Positions 53,936 through 64,000 of a stretch of 64,000 nucleotides of DNA are shown here, in pieces (the first letter of the stretch is position 1; the number at the start of each line of letters is the position of its first letter). The position numbers and the translations under genes were made by a program. Source of the DNA: Antechinus flavipes (Eukaryota); assembly GCF_016432865.1 (NCBI RefSeq), contig NC_067398.1:679706001-679770000 (forward strand), in the 5' to 3' direction. The notes beneath the pieces were generated by a model. It did not search any database, was not told where the DNA came from, and was given only the letters and a program-made list of their open reading frames with translations.

Positions 53936-53941
53936 AATAAA
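53936..53941 (+). terminator. ZAP70: ZAP70 polyadenylation signal
   Basis: AATAAA ~450 nt after the stop, followed by a U/GU-rich tract (tttctctgtcctctgttttg). Confidence 0.8.
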
Positions 53942-54020
53942 CTCAGCTATTTCTCTGTCCTCTGTTTTGAATTTCTCTGGGACCCTGTGATTGGTTGAGG
54001 TTGGGGACTTCAATTGAAGG

Positions 54021-55271
54021 CAAGGAATTCTTTGTATTTAGTATGAGTCTGAAATGTCAAAGAGAGAAGAGTGTATTGGAGAGATTGGAAGTGAAGGCAT
54101 TAATTAATGCAGGTACCAGTCCTCGGACATGTGTGGTATGGGTCACTGGTCACTAATATTAATGGTCATTAAAGATGATGGTCAATGGGGATAAGTGTAG
54201 GTTGTTAGAGTTATCAGTTACTGGAGTAATCCATCATCATGATGAATGCCATTTAAGTTATTAGGTGAATCAATGTGAGAAGTGATTGTTTTTTCCCTTA
54301 TGCCACCTTCTAAGGAATTGGGGTGGTTCAATGAGCTTAGGGACAACATTTCTTTTTTCCCAACCTCTTTCCCCTTAGAAAATAACTGATAATCAGTTCC
54401 ACTAATCTTGTGATGAAAAGAGCCTTCTACACCCGAGAGAGGACCGGGGGAACTGAGGGTGGATTACAACATAGTATTTTTACTCTTTCTGTTGTTGTTT
54501 TCTTGTATTTTGTTTTCTTTCCCAGTTTTTTTTCTTTCTTGATCCGATTTTTCTTGTGCAGCAAGATAATTGTATAAATATGTATACGTATATTTGATTT
54601 AACATATATTTTAACATATTAATATGTATTGGACTACCTGCCATCTAGGGGAGGGGATGGGGAGAAGGAAGGGAAATTTTGGTTTTGCAAGGATCAACAT
54701 TGAAAAATTACCCATGCATATGTTTTGTAAATAAAAAGCTTTAATAAAAAAAAGAAAATGACTGATACCAACATTTAGGTTAATCATCATGATTAACATA
54801 CAGTAAGTTCTTTGCTGATGTGCTAGACATACTGAGCAGGTACATCTGAGTAGCATTTCTCAGAATGTCTTGGTCTAGACTGGATTTCCCAGCATTCTCT
54901 TTCCCATGAGACTGGGGATTAGAACAATGAGGTAAATGGCTAGGGGAAGAGACTTAAGGTACATTCAGGACTATAGATGACATCTAGGAATTCAGGAATC
55001 TTGAAACTTTCTTGATGCTCCACAGAGCATGGGGAAAAGACATTGAAGTTGAGAACAACTTCAAAGATATAAGCATAGTACAAGGGAGGGTCCTGACAAA
55101 GAATTCTTTATATTTACTATAAAGAGTCTGAAATGTTAAGGAGAGAAGAGTGTGTTGGAGAGATTGGAAATGAAGGCATTAACAGAGGTAGCAGTCCTCG
55201 GACATGTGTGGTATGAGTCTCTGGTCACTAATATTAATGGTCATTAAAGATGATGGCCAGTGGGGATAAGT
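54021..55271 (+). repeat. Two-copy ~175-bp direct repeat (54021-54196 and 55097-55271)
   Basis: Long shared blocks such as cagtcctcggacatgtgtggtatg and ctggtcactaatattaatggtcattaaagatgatgg. Confidence 0.95.
54392..54752 (+). mobile_element. 5'-truncated L1 3'UTR
   Basis: Ends AATAAA-poly(A). 15-bp TSD with 1 mismatch (agaaaat[a/g]actgata) at 54377-54391 and 54753-54767. Confidence 0.9.
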
Positions 55272-56469
55272 TGTACTTACCTTCCTTGCTAGACTTTGGG
55301 ACCCATTTCCCAAATTATTCAATGTAGGAAGAGAATGATATTTCACTCATTTTGAAATGCATGGGCTATTGTTCTATTTCTTTGCTGTTCCAGGCCCAAT
55401 TGAAATGCTTTTTTAAAAATTTCATTACATTCCTTTGCTTAGGTATCATATAGATGTGAAAATGTAGACAGGACTTGATTTTAGAAGTTCCCAGTCTCAA
55501 CACGAGGCAGACAGCTCCATCCCCACAATTTAAACTAAGTCTGAAATGATTCCTAGTTTGGGTGAGATCAGTGGGCTAACATGGAAAATACATTAAGGGA
55601 AACAATCATATTCCAGAATTAGTAAATCTCATTCCCTTCTTTCCCTTGATTGGTTGGAAAACAAATGACTCCAAACTTGCTACTCCAGAGGAAAAGACAG
55701 GTATGAGGTCTTTTTATAACTGAAGTGAAAGGGGGAAACTTTGTCCCAAATAAAGTACAATCCATCCCTACAACTCCTCCAGCTTGGATATCTTCTTCCT
55801 TGTTCCATGGATCCCAGGATACTCCAAGATACTTGGTTCCTGGATGCCACCCCCTTGCAGTTCCAAAGACCCTTTCTTTCTCTTTCCATGTGAGTGCTCA
55901 TCCTGGCCCCACAATCCTCAAGTTCATCATTATGAGAAATGGAGTCCTAAGAATTTTTTCCAATGAATGGTAATGCTCTGAGCCAAGGCATTATGGGACA
56001 TGGAGTCCTATTCAAAAATGCTTGCTATAGTTCAAAAAGAAATTTATAGATTCCAACTATTTATAGATTAGGCCATCATGAGTGCTGTTAAAAAAAAGCC
56101 AAGTTATCTCCAAGTCCCTCTTCCCACTTCACATTATCTTCTGGACACTATATTCTTACCCAAAGAGTCAAAGACAAGTAGTGATATGACCTCCTTACTT
56201 ATGACTTTGGAAATAGGTCTTGTTATTACTTCCTCTATAGGTGATTTCCTAATGGAACACATAGCTACTTACAGTATAACACATAGCAAGCACATTGTCA
56301 GGAATGGCCTCTGGATCTTTCCTGGCAATGGAAATGCCAGTGGTCTGTCCAAATGCAATAATTTCCTCCCAATATAGAAATTCCCAACAATGAGAAGGTA
56401 GAAAACTTTTTTCCCTTTTAAAAATTTTTTATAAATAAAACTTTTTATAAATATAAATAAAAATTATAT

Positions 56470-57010
56470 TTATTTTTATAATAGCATTTCATTTTTTCAA
56501 ATACATGTAAAGATAATTTTCAACATTCATTTTTGCAAAACTTTGTGTTCCAAAATTTTCTCCCTCCCTCTCCCCCCTCACCATCCTCTAGAGAGCAAGC
56601 ATGATATAGGTTAAATATGTGCAATTCTTGTAAATATATTTCTATATTCATCAAACTGCGCAAGAAAAATCAAATCAAAAAGGAAAAAAGATACAAGAAA
56701 AGACAAACAAACAAACAACAACCACCACAAAACAATGAAGGTGAAAATACTATGCTTTGATCTATATTCAGTCTCCATAGTTCTTTCTCTCAATGCATAT
56801 GGCTCTTTCTATCACAAGGCTATTGGAAATGTCTTGAATCACCTCATTGTTAAAAAGAGCCAAGTCCATTACAGTTGATCATCACATAATCTTGTTATTG
56901 CTGTATACAATGTTCTCTAGGTTCTATACACTTCCCTTAGCATCAGTTCATGTAAGTCCAGGCTTTTCTGAAATCAGCGTGTTCATCATTTCTTATAGAA
57001 TAATAATAAT
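56470..57010 (-). mobile_element. Older L1 3' fragment
   Basis: Similar to the 29810-30170 copy along its length. Confidence 0.8.
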
Positions 57011-58059
57011 GGTAGAAAGTTTTAAAAAGTTTTTTACTGATACATTTTTGTTTTGATATCATCATAATCTTCAAAAATATCTTTCCCCTCTTTCCCCCCC
57101 TCCCTGAGAGTCAATAAGAAGCAATTCAGAAAAGTAATCAACCCATAAACCAGATCTGTCAGTGTATGCAATGTTCAACACCCATAACCCTTCCCCACTC
57201 TGCAAAGAAGATTAGGAGATGTATCTTTGAAAGAACATTAGCTCTGAAACAAGAAGACTAGAGTTTGATCTTCAGTTTTGTTGCTTACTGGCTGGGACTC
57301 TGGGCAATTCCTTCCTTTTTCTGTATAAAGACAGAATTGCTCTAGAACAAGGATTCTTCCTAGATTTTTTTTTTTTTTGGTATCTCAGACTCTTTTGAGC
57401 ATTATGGTCCTCTTTTCAGAATAAATTTTTAAAGGCATTAAATAAAATAACATAAATTTAGAGAAGAAATCAAAGATATTGAAATAGAATTCTCATAATA
57501 TTTAAAAATAGAACAAAATCAAATTCTTGGCCCCCAATTAAGATCTCTTAATCCAAGTGATTCCTAAGGTTCATTTTCAGCATTTAACAATTTTGTTATG
57601 AGGATTGGTGTCCTAGGATCTTCCCCACAGTGTTCCCTACTTTCAAATGAATGTCTTAAAAAGTTATTTGGAAAGTGAGTCTATTGCTGCTTGTCCTGGA
57701 TGCACACATTGCTAATTCCCTTTTGGAAATGGATTCAATGGGAGAGAGAAAAAATCCATACTGGTAATGTGACAACCCTTGTCTGACTCAGTTTTCTTAT
57801 TTTAAAATGGGAATAATAATAGCACCTACCTTACAGGATGTTGTAGAGATCAAATGAGATGGTATATACAATGCTCTTTGCAAGCCTAAAATGTTATAAT
57901 TAAAGCATACCATTTTCATCTTTTTGCTTTTTTTTCTTTCTTGTGATTTTCCCCTCTTATTCTGATTTTTCTTTTCAATATGAATCATATGGAAACGTTT
58001 TAAAAAATAAAAAGGAGGGCAAAAGTTGCAAAAGAAAAATCATAGATTACTAGCATTTT

Positions 58060-59012
58060 AAAAAATTAAGGCCTTTTATTTACAAAACATATGGATGAGT
58101 AATTTTTCAACATTAATCCTTGCAAAAGCTTGTATTCCAAATTTTCCCCTTTTCCCCCACCCCCTCTCCTAGATGACAGGTAATTAAATACATGTTAAAT
58201 ATGTTAAAATACATCTTAAATCCAATAGATGTATACATATTTATAGTTATTTTGCTGCACAAGAAAAATCAGATCAAGAAGGGGAAAAAAAAACTGAGAA
58301 AGAAAATAAAATGCAAGCAAACAACAACAGAAAGAGTGAAAATGCTATGTTGTGGTCTACACTCAGTTCCCAACATCCTTTCTCTGGGTGTAGATGGCTC
58401 TCTTCACCACAAGATTATTGGAACTGATCTGAATCATCTAATTGTTGGAAAGAGCCACATTCATCAGAATTGAGCCTTCTATAGTATTGTTGTTAAAGTG
58501 TATAATGATCTCCTGTTTCTGCTCATTTCACTCAGCACCAGTTCATGTAAGTCTCTCCAGACCTCTTTGAAATCATCCTGCTGATCATTTCTTATAGAAC
58601 AATAATATTCTATAAAATTCATAAACCACAGTTTATTCAGCCATTCTCTAATTGAGGGGCATCCACTTAGTTTCCAGTTTCTTGCTACTACAAACAGGGC
58701 TGCCACAAACATTTTTGCACATATGGGTCCCTTTCCCTCCTTTAAGATCTCTTTGGGATATAAGCCCAGTAGAAACACTGCTGGATCAAAGGGTATGCAC
58801 AGTTTGATAACTTTTTGAGCATAGTTCCACATTGCTCTTCAGAATGACTGGATCTGTCCACAACTCCACCAACAATATACATCGTGTCCCAGTTTTCTCA
58901 CATTCCCTCCAACATTCATCATTGTCTTTTCCTGTCATCATAACCAATCTGAGAGGTGTGTAGTGGTATCTCAGAGTTATCGTAATTTGCATTTCTCTGA
59001 CCAATAGTAATT
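58060..59012 (-). mobile_element. L1 3' end with ORF2 remnant
   Basis: ORF2 C-terminus in ORFs 58479-58832 and 58786-59004. 17-bp TSD with 2 mismatches at 58043-58059 and 59013-59029. Confidence 0.92.
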
Positions 59013-59127
59013 TAGACTACTAGTATTTTCAAGAAATTGGTCAAGGTTGGCACTTGTTAGCCACAGGAATCTCAGGGTTTGGGCTAGTTTAGAAAATGGG
59101 TGTGTTGGAGGGGGTTCTATTGAGTGT

Positions 59128-59143
59128 CCACCAGAGGGTGCCA
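59128..59143 (+). promoter_or_regulatory. CTCF-like motif
   Basis: CCACCAGAGGGTGCCA closely matches the CTCF core CCACCAG(G/A)GGGCGC. Confidence 0.65.
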
Positions 59144-62100
59144 AAACTTAGTCCTAGAACTCAGAGTAAAGATTTCTGAGACCCCAGAATCTCTTTACTT
59201 AATCTAAGTTTTTAATTTAGCAAAGGGAGACAGGAAGTCACTGTTACCAAGTGCAGTTCAGAAGTCAGCCGCAGCCTCCAACCGGTTTCAGTGACTCTCT
59301 CCCTCTCCTCATCATTTCTTGTAGCATCTCACCTGGGGGGAGAGGTGTTGCCACAGAGGAGCCCCAGTGACATTTGGGGGCCAGGTGGCAAAGATGTGGG
59401 CTCTGGAAGTTGAGTGACAAAGAGGTGAGGCAGAGGATTTATAAGATGCCAGAGGCTGAACCCTTCACCATCTTGTGCTGGTGACATACAGGACATACAA
59501 GGATACAATTGAGGTGGTCTTCTGGATCTCCAATATGATGAATACAGTCAATATTTCTGATTTCAAAAAAACAACCTCAAACCCAGGGAGCCCAGCTGCA
59601 GCTATATCCAGGTGTTCTAGAAAAGACGTCTAAGATTCAGAGCTAGAAGAAATCTGGGACATGATCCAGTCCCCTCAGCACTTTTTCTTTGTCCTCTAAT
59701 TTTATGGATGAGAAACAGCCCCAGAGACAGAAAGTAATGTGTCCAAAATCACAGCAGAAAAAAGTAGCAGAATATAACAGAGCTGGAATTTGAAGTCAAA
59801 TTCTCTGGTTCAAAACTCAGTTTACTTTCAATTCAATAAACATTTATTAAGTGCCAACTGCTTGAAAGTCTCTTATTTTATTTCTTACCTTCACATACTT
59901 TGTGCTTTGACCTGTATTAAGCTCTGGAACATACAAAGATTTGGGAAATTATGTTCATTTAAGGCTCTAGCTATTTAGGGTTTCTCATTTTTTCTTCCCA
60001 AAGGAGGAAGAAGAAAGAAAATAGGAAACTCTCCTCCTTACCTTGCCCACTGTTTCCTGGGAGACTGTCCACTGTTTCCTGAAAGATACTTCTCCAGGAG
60101 GAACAATATCAGTATAAAATTCATTCTAGAACCCAGATCTTGAAACTCAAATTCAGGATAGTCCAGAACTTGTATTCCAGAACAAAACGTGTAGTGTAAT
60201 CCTCTGGATCCAGAATCCAGGGCCTAGAATTCAGAGTCCACTCCAAAATCCATTCTATCTCAAAATCTAGAACCCAGTGCTCAGATCTGACTGCTTAGAA
60301 TCTAGCCTAAAATACAGATCTCTATAGGGCAATGTCCATTCTAGGCAGAATCAATATCTTGGAGGCCAGAATATTCTTCAATCCTGAATCTAGAACTTAG
60401 AAAGTGAACTTCAGGGTTTAGCCCAGAATCCATAATTCAGTGCCCTAGTGATTTACCCAGAATTGGGAGCCCAGAATCCAGAGTCCAATCCATCCAGAAT
60501 CTAGACCTCATCTTATGTTTTGTGGCAGCTTGAAGTGGCTACCTCTATTGGTCTGTGTTCCACTGACACCTCCTTGTGACCTTCACTTAAGTTGGTGCTT
60601 TTCTCAGCAGGACCGGGCCACGCCTCCCAGAACAGTAAAGGGGAGCAGACTTCAGGGGGCATTTGCTAGAGAAAAGAGAGAAGGAAGGCGGGGCAGGGGC
60701 GGGACAGTGGGGTTGAGGTGGGTGTACACTCATTAAGTTTCTCACTTTCCTGAGCCTTAGTAAGGCACAGAGTCCAAGTCATTCTGGGCCCCAGTGACAA
60801 GACCCTGAAGTGACCAGAAGCCTTTGCAGCCAGAAGGTAAGGGACCAGCCCCAGAGTATGGCTCCTGGGATTGGGAAACAAAGCATCTTGCCTTGTGCTG
60901 CCCAACCTTTCTCCCTCTACGTCTCCCCAGAGTCTGTCCCCTTGGCTTTGGCCCTCTCATCCCCTACCTCTTCATCCTCTTCTCTAGTCCTCTTTTCAAT
61001 CACATTCTAACATAGCATTTCTCAGGTCATGGATCTCTGTCTCTCTCATCCTCTCTTTCCTTGAGTCTTTTGGCCTCCAGAATTTGAGTTTCTTGGTGTC
61101 TTTTTTGGGAGCCATCTCTGACTGCACTAAGATCTGGCCCTGTCCCAAGGCTATCCTCACCAGCTGAGGAGACTCTTAGCTTGATGGAAATCTTCTTCCC
61201 ACTCCATTTTCTAACTGGAGGAACAAATATGGGGGGGCTACCCTAGAGAGAATGCAGATCTGAGATCTCAGTGGAGCCCTGTTAGAGAAAAGTGATGAGA
61301 AAGTGAGACTGAACAGAGGATAGGGAGATGAGTGGGAGAGTTCTGGTCAATCTCTGACCCTGAGGATCCACCCCATACTTCCCTGGTGAAATAGGCACTT
61401 TAGTGGGGAGGAGGCTTAGGGCCCCTGAAATCTCTTTTCTACACTACCTTGTACCTCAGCTTCCAACATTAAAGCTTCACTCTCTTAGTTTAGCTTAAGA
61501 TTCCCTGAGTAGACTCTACTGGGAGTCATTTTTATTATGGTCCTACTTGTTAGAAGTTTGGGGAAGTAGAAGGTGAAGAGCTGTGATTGAAGCTGGGGAG
61601 ACAAGGACACTGGGGTCCATCCTTCCAACTCCCCAGAAGCCTCTACCTCTGAGGGAAAGATCAGTCCTTTCCTGAGAGCAGCTTGTGGATGGAAGGAGAC
61701 ACTCAGCTCTGAGGGGTGGATGTGGGGAAAGAGAGTTGGGGATACTTGAGTGACTCCAGGGACTAAAATATGCCTTTGAGGAAGACCTTCAGATCTTGAG
61801 AGGAAGGTTTTGCCATCCTCCTTCCTCTTCCAGTTTGGACATTTGCCTCCTTCTCTGTCCCTTGGTAAGGGGAATCAGCAGCACTAGGGGACAGGGAGGC
61901 AGGGTATAAGTAACCAAGTCACTTTCAGTCCTCATGTCACACCTTCAGGCCCACAGAAAGACGAACTCTCAGATTTGGAAGATATCTCAGAAGGCTTCTG
62001 ATTTAAGCAGGAATTCCTACTTTGTAACTTCTCTGTCATGGACGGGGCCATTTGCCCTTCACTGGAATACTTCCTCAGTGTTGAGGAGCTCACAAGAAAG

Positions 62101-62364
62101 AACATGCTCCTTTGGTCTAACCCTTGCTTTTTTGACAAGCTCCCCAAATCTGACACTATTCCCCACTATACCCAATTCAAGGTCAGGTTGGGATTAACTC
62201 AGAAACTTCACTCATATAAGGCTGAATAGATCTCAGTTAATTTTGTTATTTTTTAAAATTTGTAACTATCGTGCTTATTTGATTTAATGCTGTTAGAATT
62301 ATGAATTTTGAAAAATAAAAGAAATAACTACAGATTGATTGTGGCCCCAACTGAACCACTCTAA

Positions 62365-62560
62365 ACCAGAGGTTCTTTACCTTTTGCAGGTCAGGGTCCT
62401 TTCGGCAGTCTGGCAAAGCTGAGAGACCCCTTCTTAGAATCATTTTTAAAAAGTTTAATAGAAGGAAATGCTAAATTTCAGTTAGAGGTTAGTGAAAATG
62501 AAGATGTCATTTTTTCCTCCAAACAATTCAAAGAGACCTGTATCCCAGGTTAAGCACCCC
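62365..62560. mobile_element. hAT-type MITE relic (MER5/Charlie-like)
   Basis: ~200-nt element. Similar copies at ~10260-10450, 11447-11640, 37085-37230, 45220-45415 and 57345-57555; a related family at ~30730-30940 and 49210-49395. Confidence 0.5.
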
Positions 62561-63611
62561 ACTCTAATTGATCCAGCCCCATGTCTGAAACATTCAGGGC
62601 CTCCGGCTCACCTTGTCTCCCCATTTCCGCCCCCATCCATGGCCTGAGCAGAGCAGCTTTAATCACAAGCTGACTCAGGGGGTAAGCTCAGGCCTCGTGT
62701 CTTCCTTGCCTCCCATCTCAGCTCTTCCAGATATATAGAACCCAGCACAGGCCTCCAAACAACTGGGCTCAGTACCTGGTGATTCCTCACCTAGGTGAGC
62801 AGCATCTCCACAAGGCTGAGCTATCTTGCTGTGCCCTCTCTCCACCCAGGGTAGCCATTGTCCTCAGGCCCCTTTCTTACTCCTTTCCTTTTGAACTTAT
62901 TATTGGAGGGCAGCTTTCATATTGCTTGCTTCAGATATGTTTTATAAAATTTGCACTGGATCAGAATAAAGCTAGTTAAGAGCTGGGGTAGGGGGGAGAA
63001 ACAGAATAGTTTCAGGCCCTGTCCTACCACACAACTACTGTTCCTTCTGACTTGCCCAAATCTCTTCTTGCCAGAATCCTCACTGTGAATCTCCTGGTCC
63101 CATTATCCTTTCACTGGTGGCATTTCTTTCCCAAGTTGTGCTATGATGACAGATTAGGGACAGGTGGAAAGTAAGAGGGAGGTCAGGAGAGGAAGATGGA
63201 GAGGGATGATCCTGGAGGAGGAAAGAAAAAACAGAGGGAGAAGTATAGGATTCTTTCCATAAAAGATCTTATATGGAGCTCAGAGGGGAATGGAAGAAAG
63301 GCAAGGGGAAGCTGAGGAGACCCACAATGTTCTGGGGGTAACATGAGACTAGGGGCAAAAGGGATAACAAGAATGACTAACGGTAGATATTTGTTTCTAA
63401 TCCAACTAATAAGTTAGCACCTACTATGTGTAAGGTTTTGGAGATACTAAAAAACAACAACTCCCAAACCATTTTCCCCTTAAAGAACTTACATTCTCCT
63501 GGAGAGGGCATAAAAAGTAATAAGAAAAAATATACATATACCTTCTAACTTGAGGAGATAAAGAGTACCAACTAATGGGATAATATTTAGCCTGTATGTC
63601 GCTTATTTGTC

Positions 63612-63845
63612 GGGGTAGCTAGTGGGGCAGTGGATAAAGTGCCAGGCTTGGTGTCAGAAAGACTCATATTTCTATGTCCACATCTAATTTCAGACACTTC
63701 TTAGCTGTGTGACCTTGAGCACATCATTTAATCCTCAGTTTCTTTATCTGTAAAATAAGCTGGAGAGGGAAACAGCAAACCACTCCAGTATCTTTGCCAA
63801 GAAAACCCCAAATGGAGTCACAGCGAGTCAGACATAATTGAAAAT
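63612..63845 (+). mobile_element. MAR1-like CORE-SINE
   Basis: gggtagctagtggggcagtggata...gccaagaaaaccccaaatggagtcacagcgagtcagac. Confidence 0.85.
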
Positions 63846-64000
63846 TGACTGAAAGCTTAATGTACATATTTGTCTCCTCACAATCTTTCCAAATAGAGAC
63901 TCTATAAAGGCAAGACAATTAAGCTCTGTAAAGGCAAGGACTGTCTTTGTTTTTTTTTTTTTTTTTTTGTGTCTTCAACACCTAGCACAGTGCTTAGCAC

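Noticed and set aside
62682-62799. GTAAGC donor, AG acceptor and GTGAGC donor series with an AP-1 site
   Set aside because: The implied intron is at most 49 nt, below the usual mammalian minimum.

Overview
Repeat-rich mammalian genomic window. The SINE and L1 sequences look marsupial, most like an Australian dasyurid; the species is an inference from recalled repeat consensi. It contains one complete protein-coding gene, ZAP70, on the + strand. Twelve coding exons run from 41368 to 53488, all with GT-AG boundaries and consistent phases. The CDS is 1854 nt (617 aa + stop), and an AATAAA lies at 53936. The rest is mostly L1, L2, L3/CR1 and RTE fragments, CORE-SINEs, MITE-like relics, microsatellites and one 143-N gap. 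I found no convincing new biological system. The clearest oddities are an RTE retrotransposon with a twin-priming-type 5' inversion beside a full-length U6 pseudogene, and a COX1 NUMT followed by a short duplication and a 21-bp hairpin. Others are differences from human ZAP70 (shifted acceptor in interdomain B, relocated P-loop cysteine), a ~175-bp duplication just past the poly(A) site, and a CTCF/ETS/orphan-exon region downstream. Comparisons with human ZAP70, U6 and repeat families come from memory, not from searches. Repeat boundaries are approximate unless a TSD is given.
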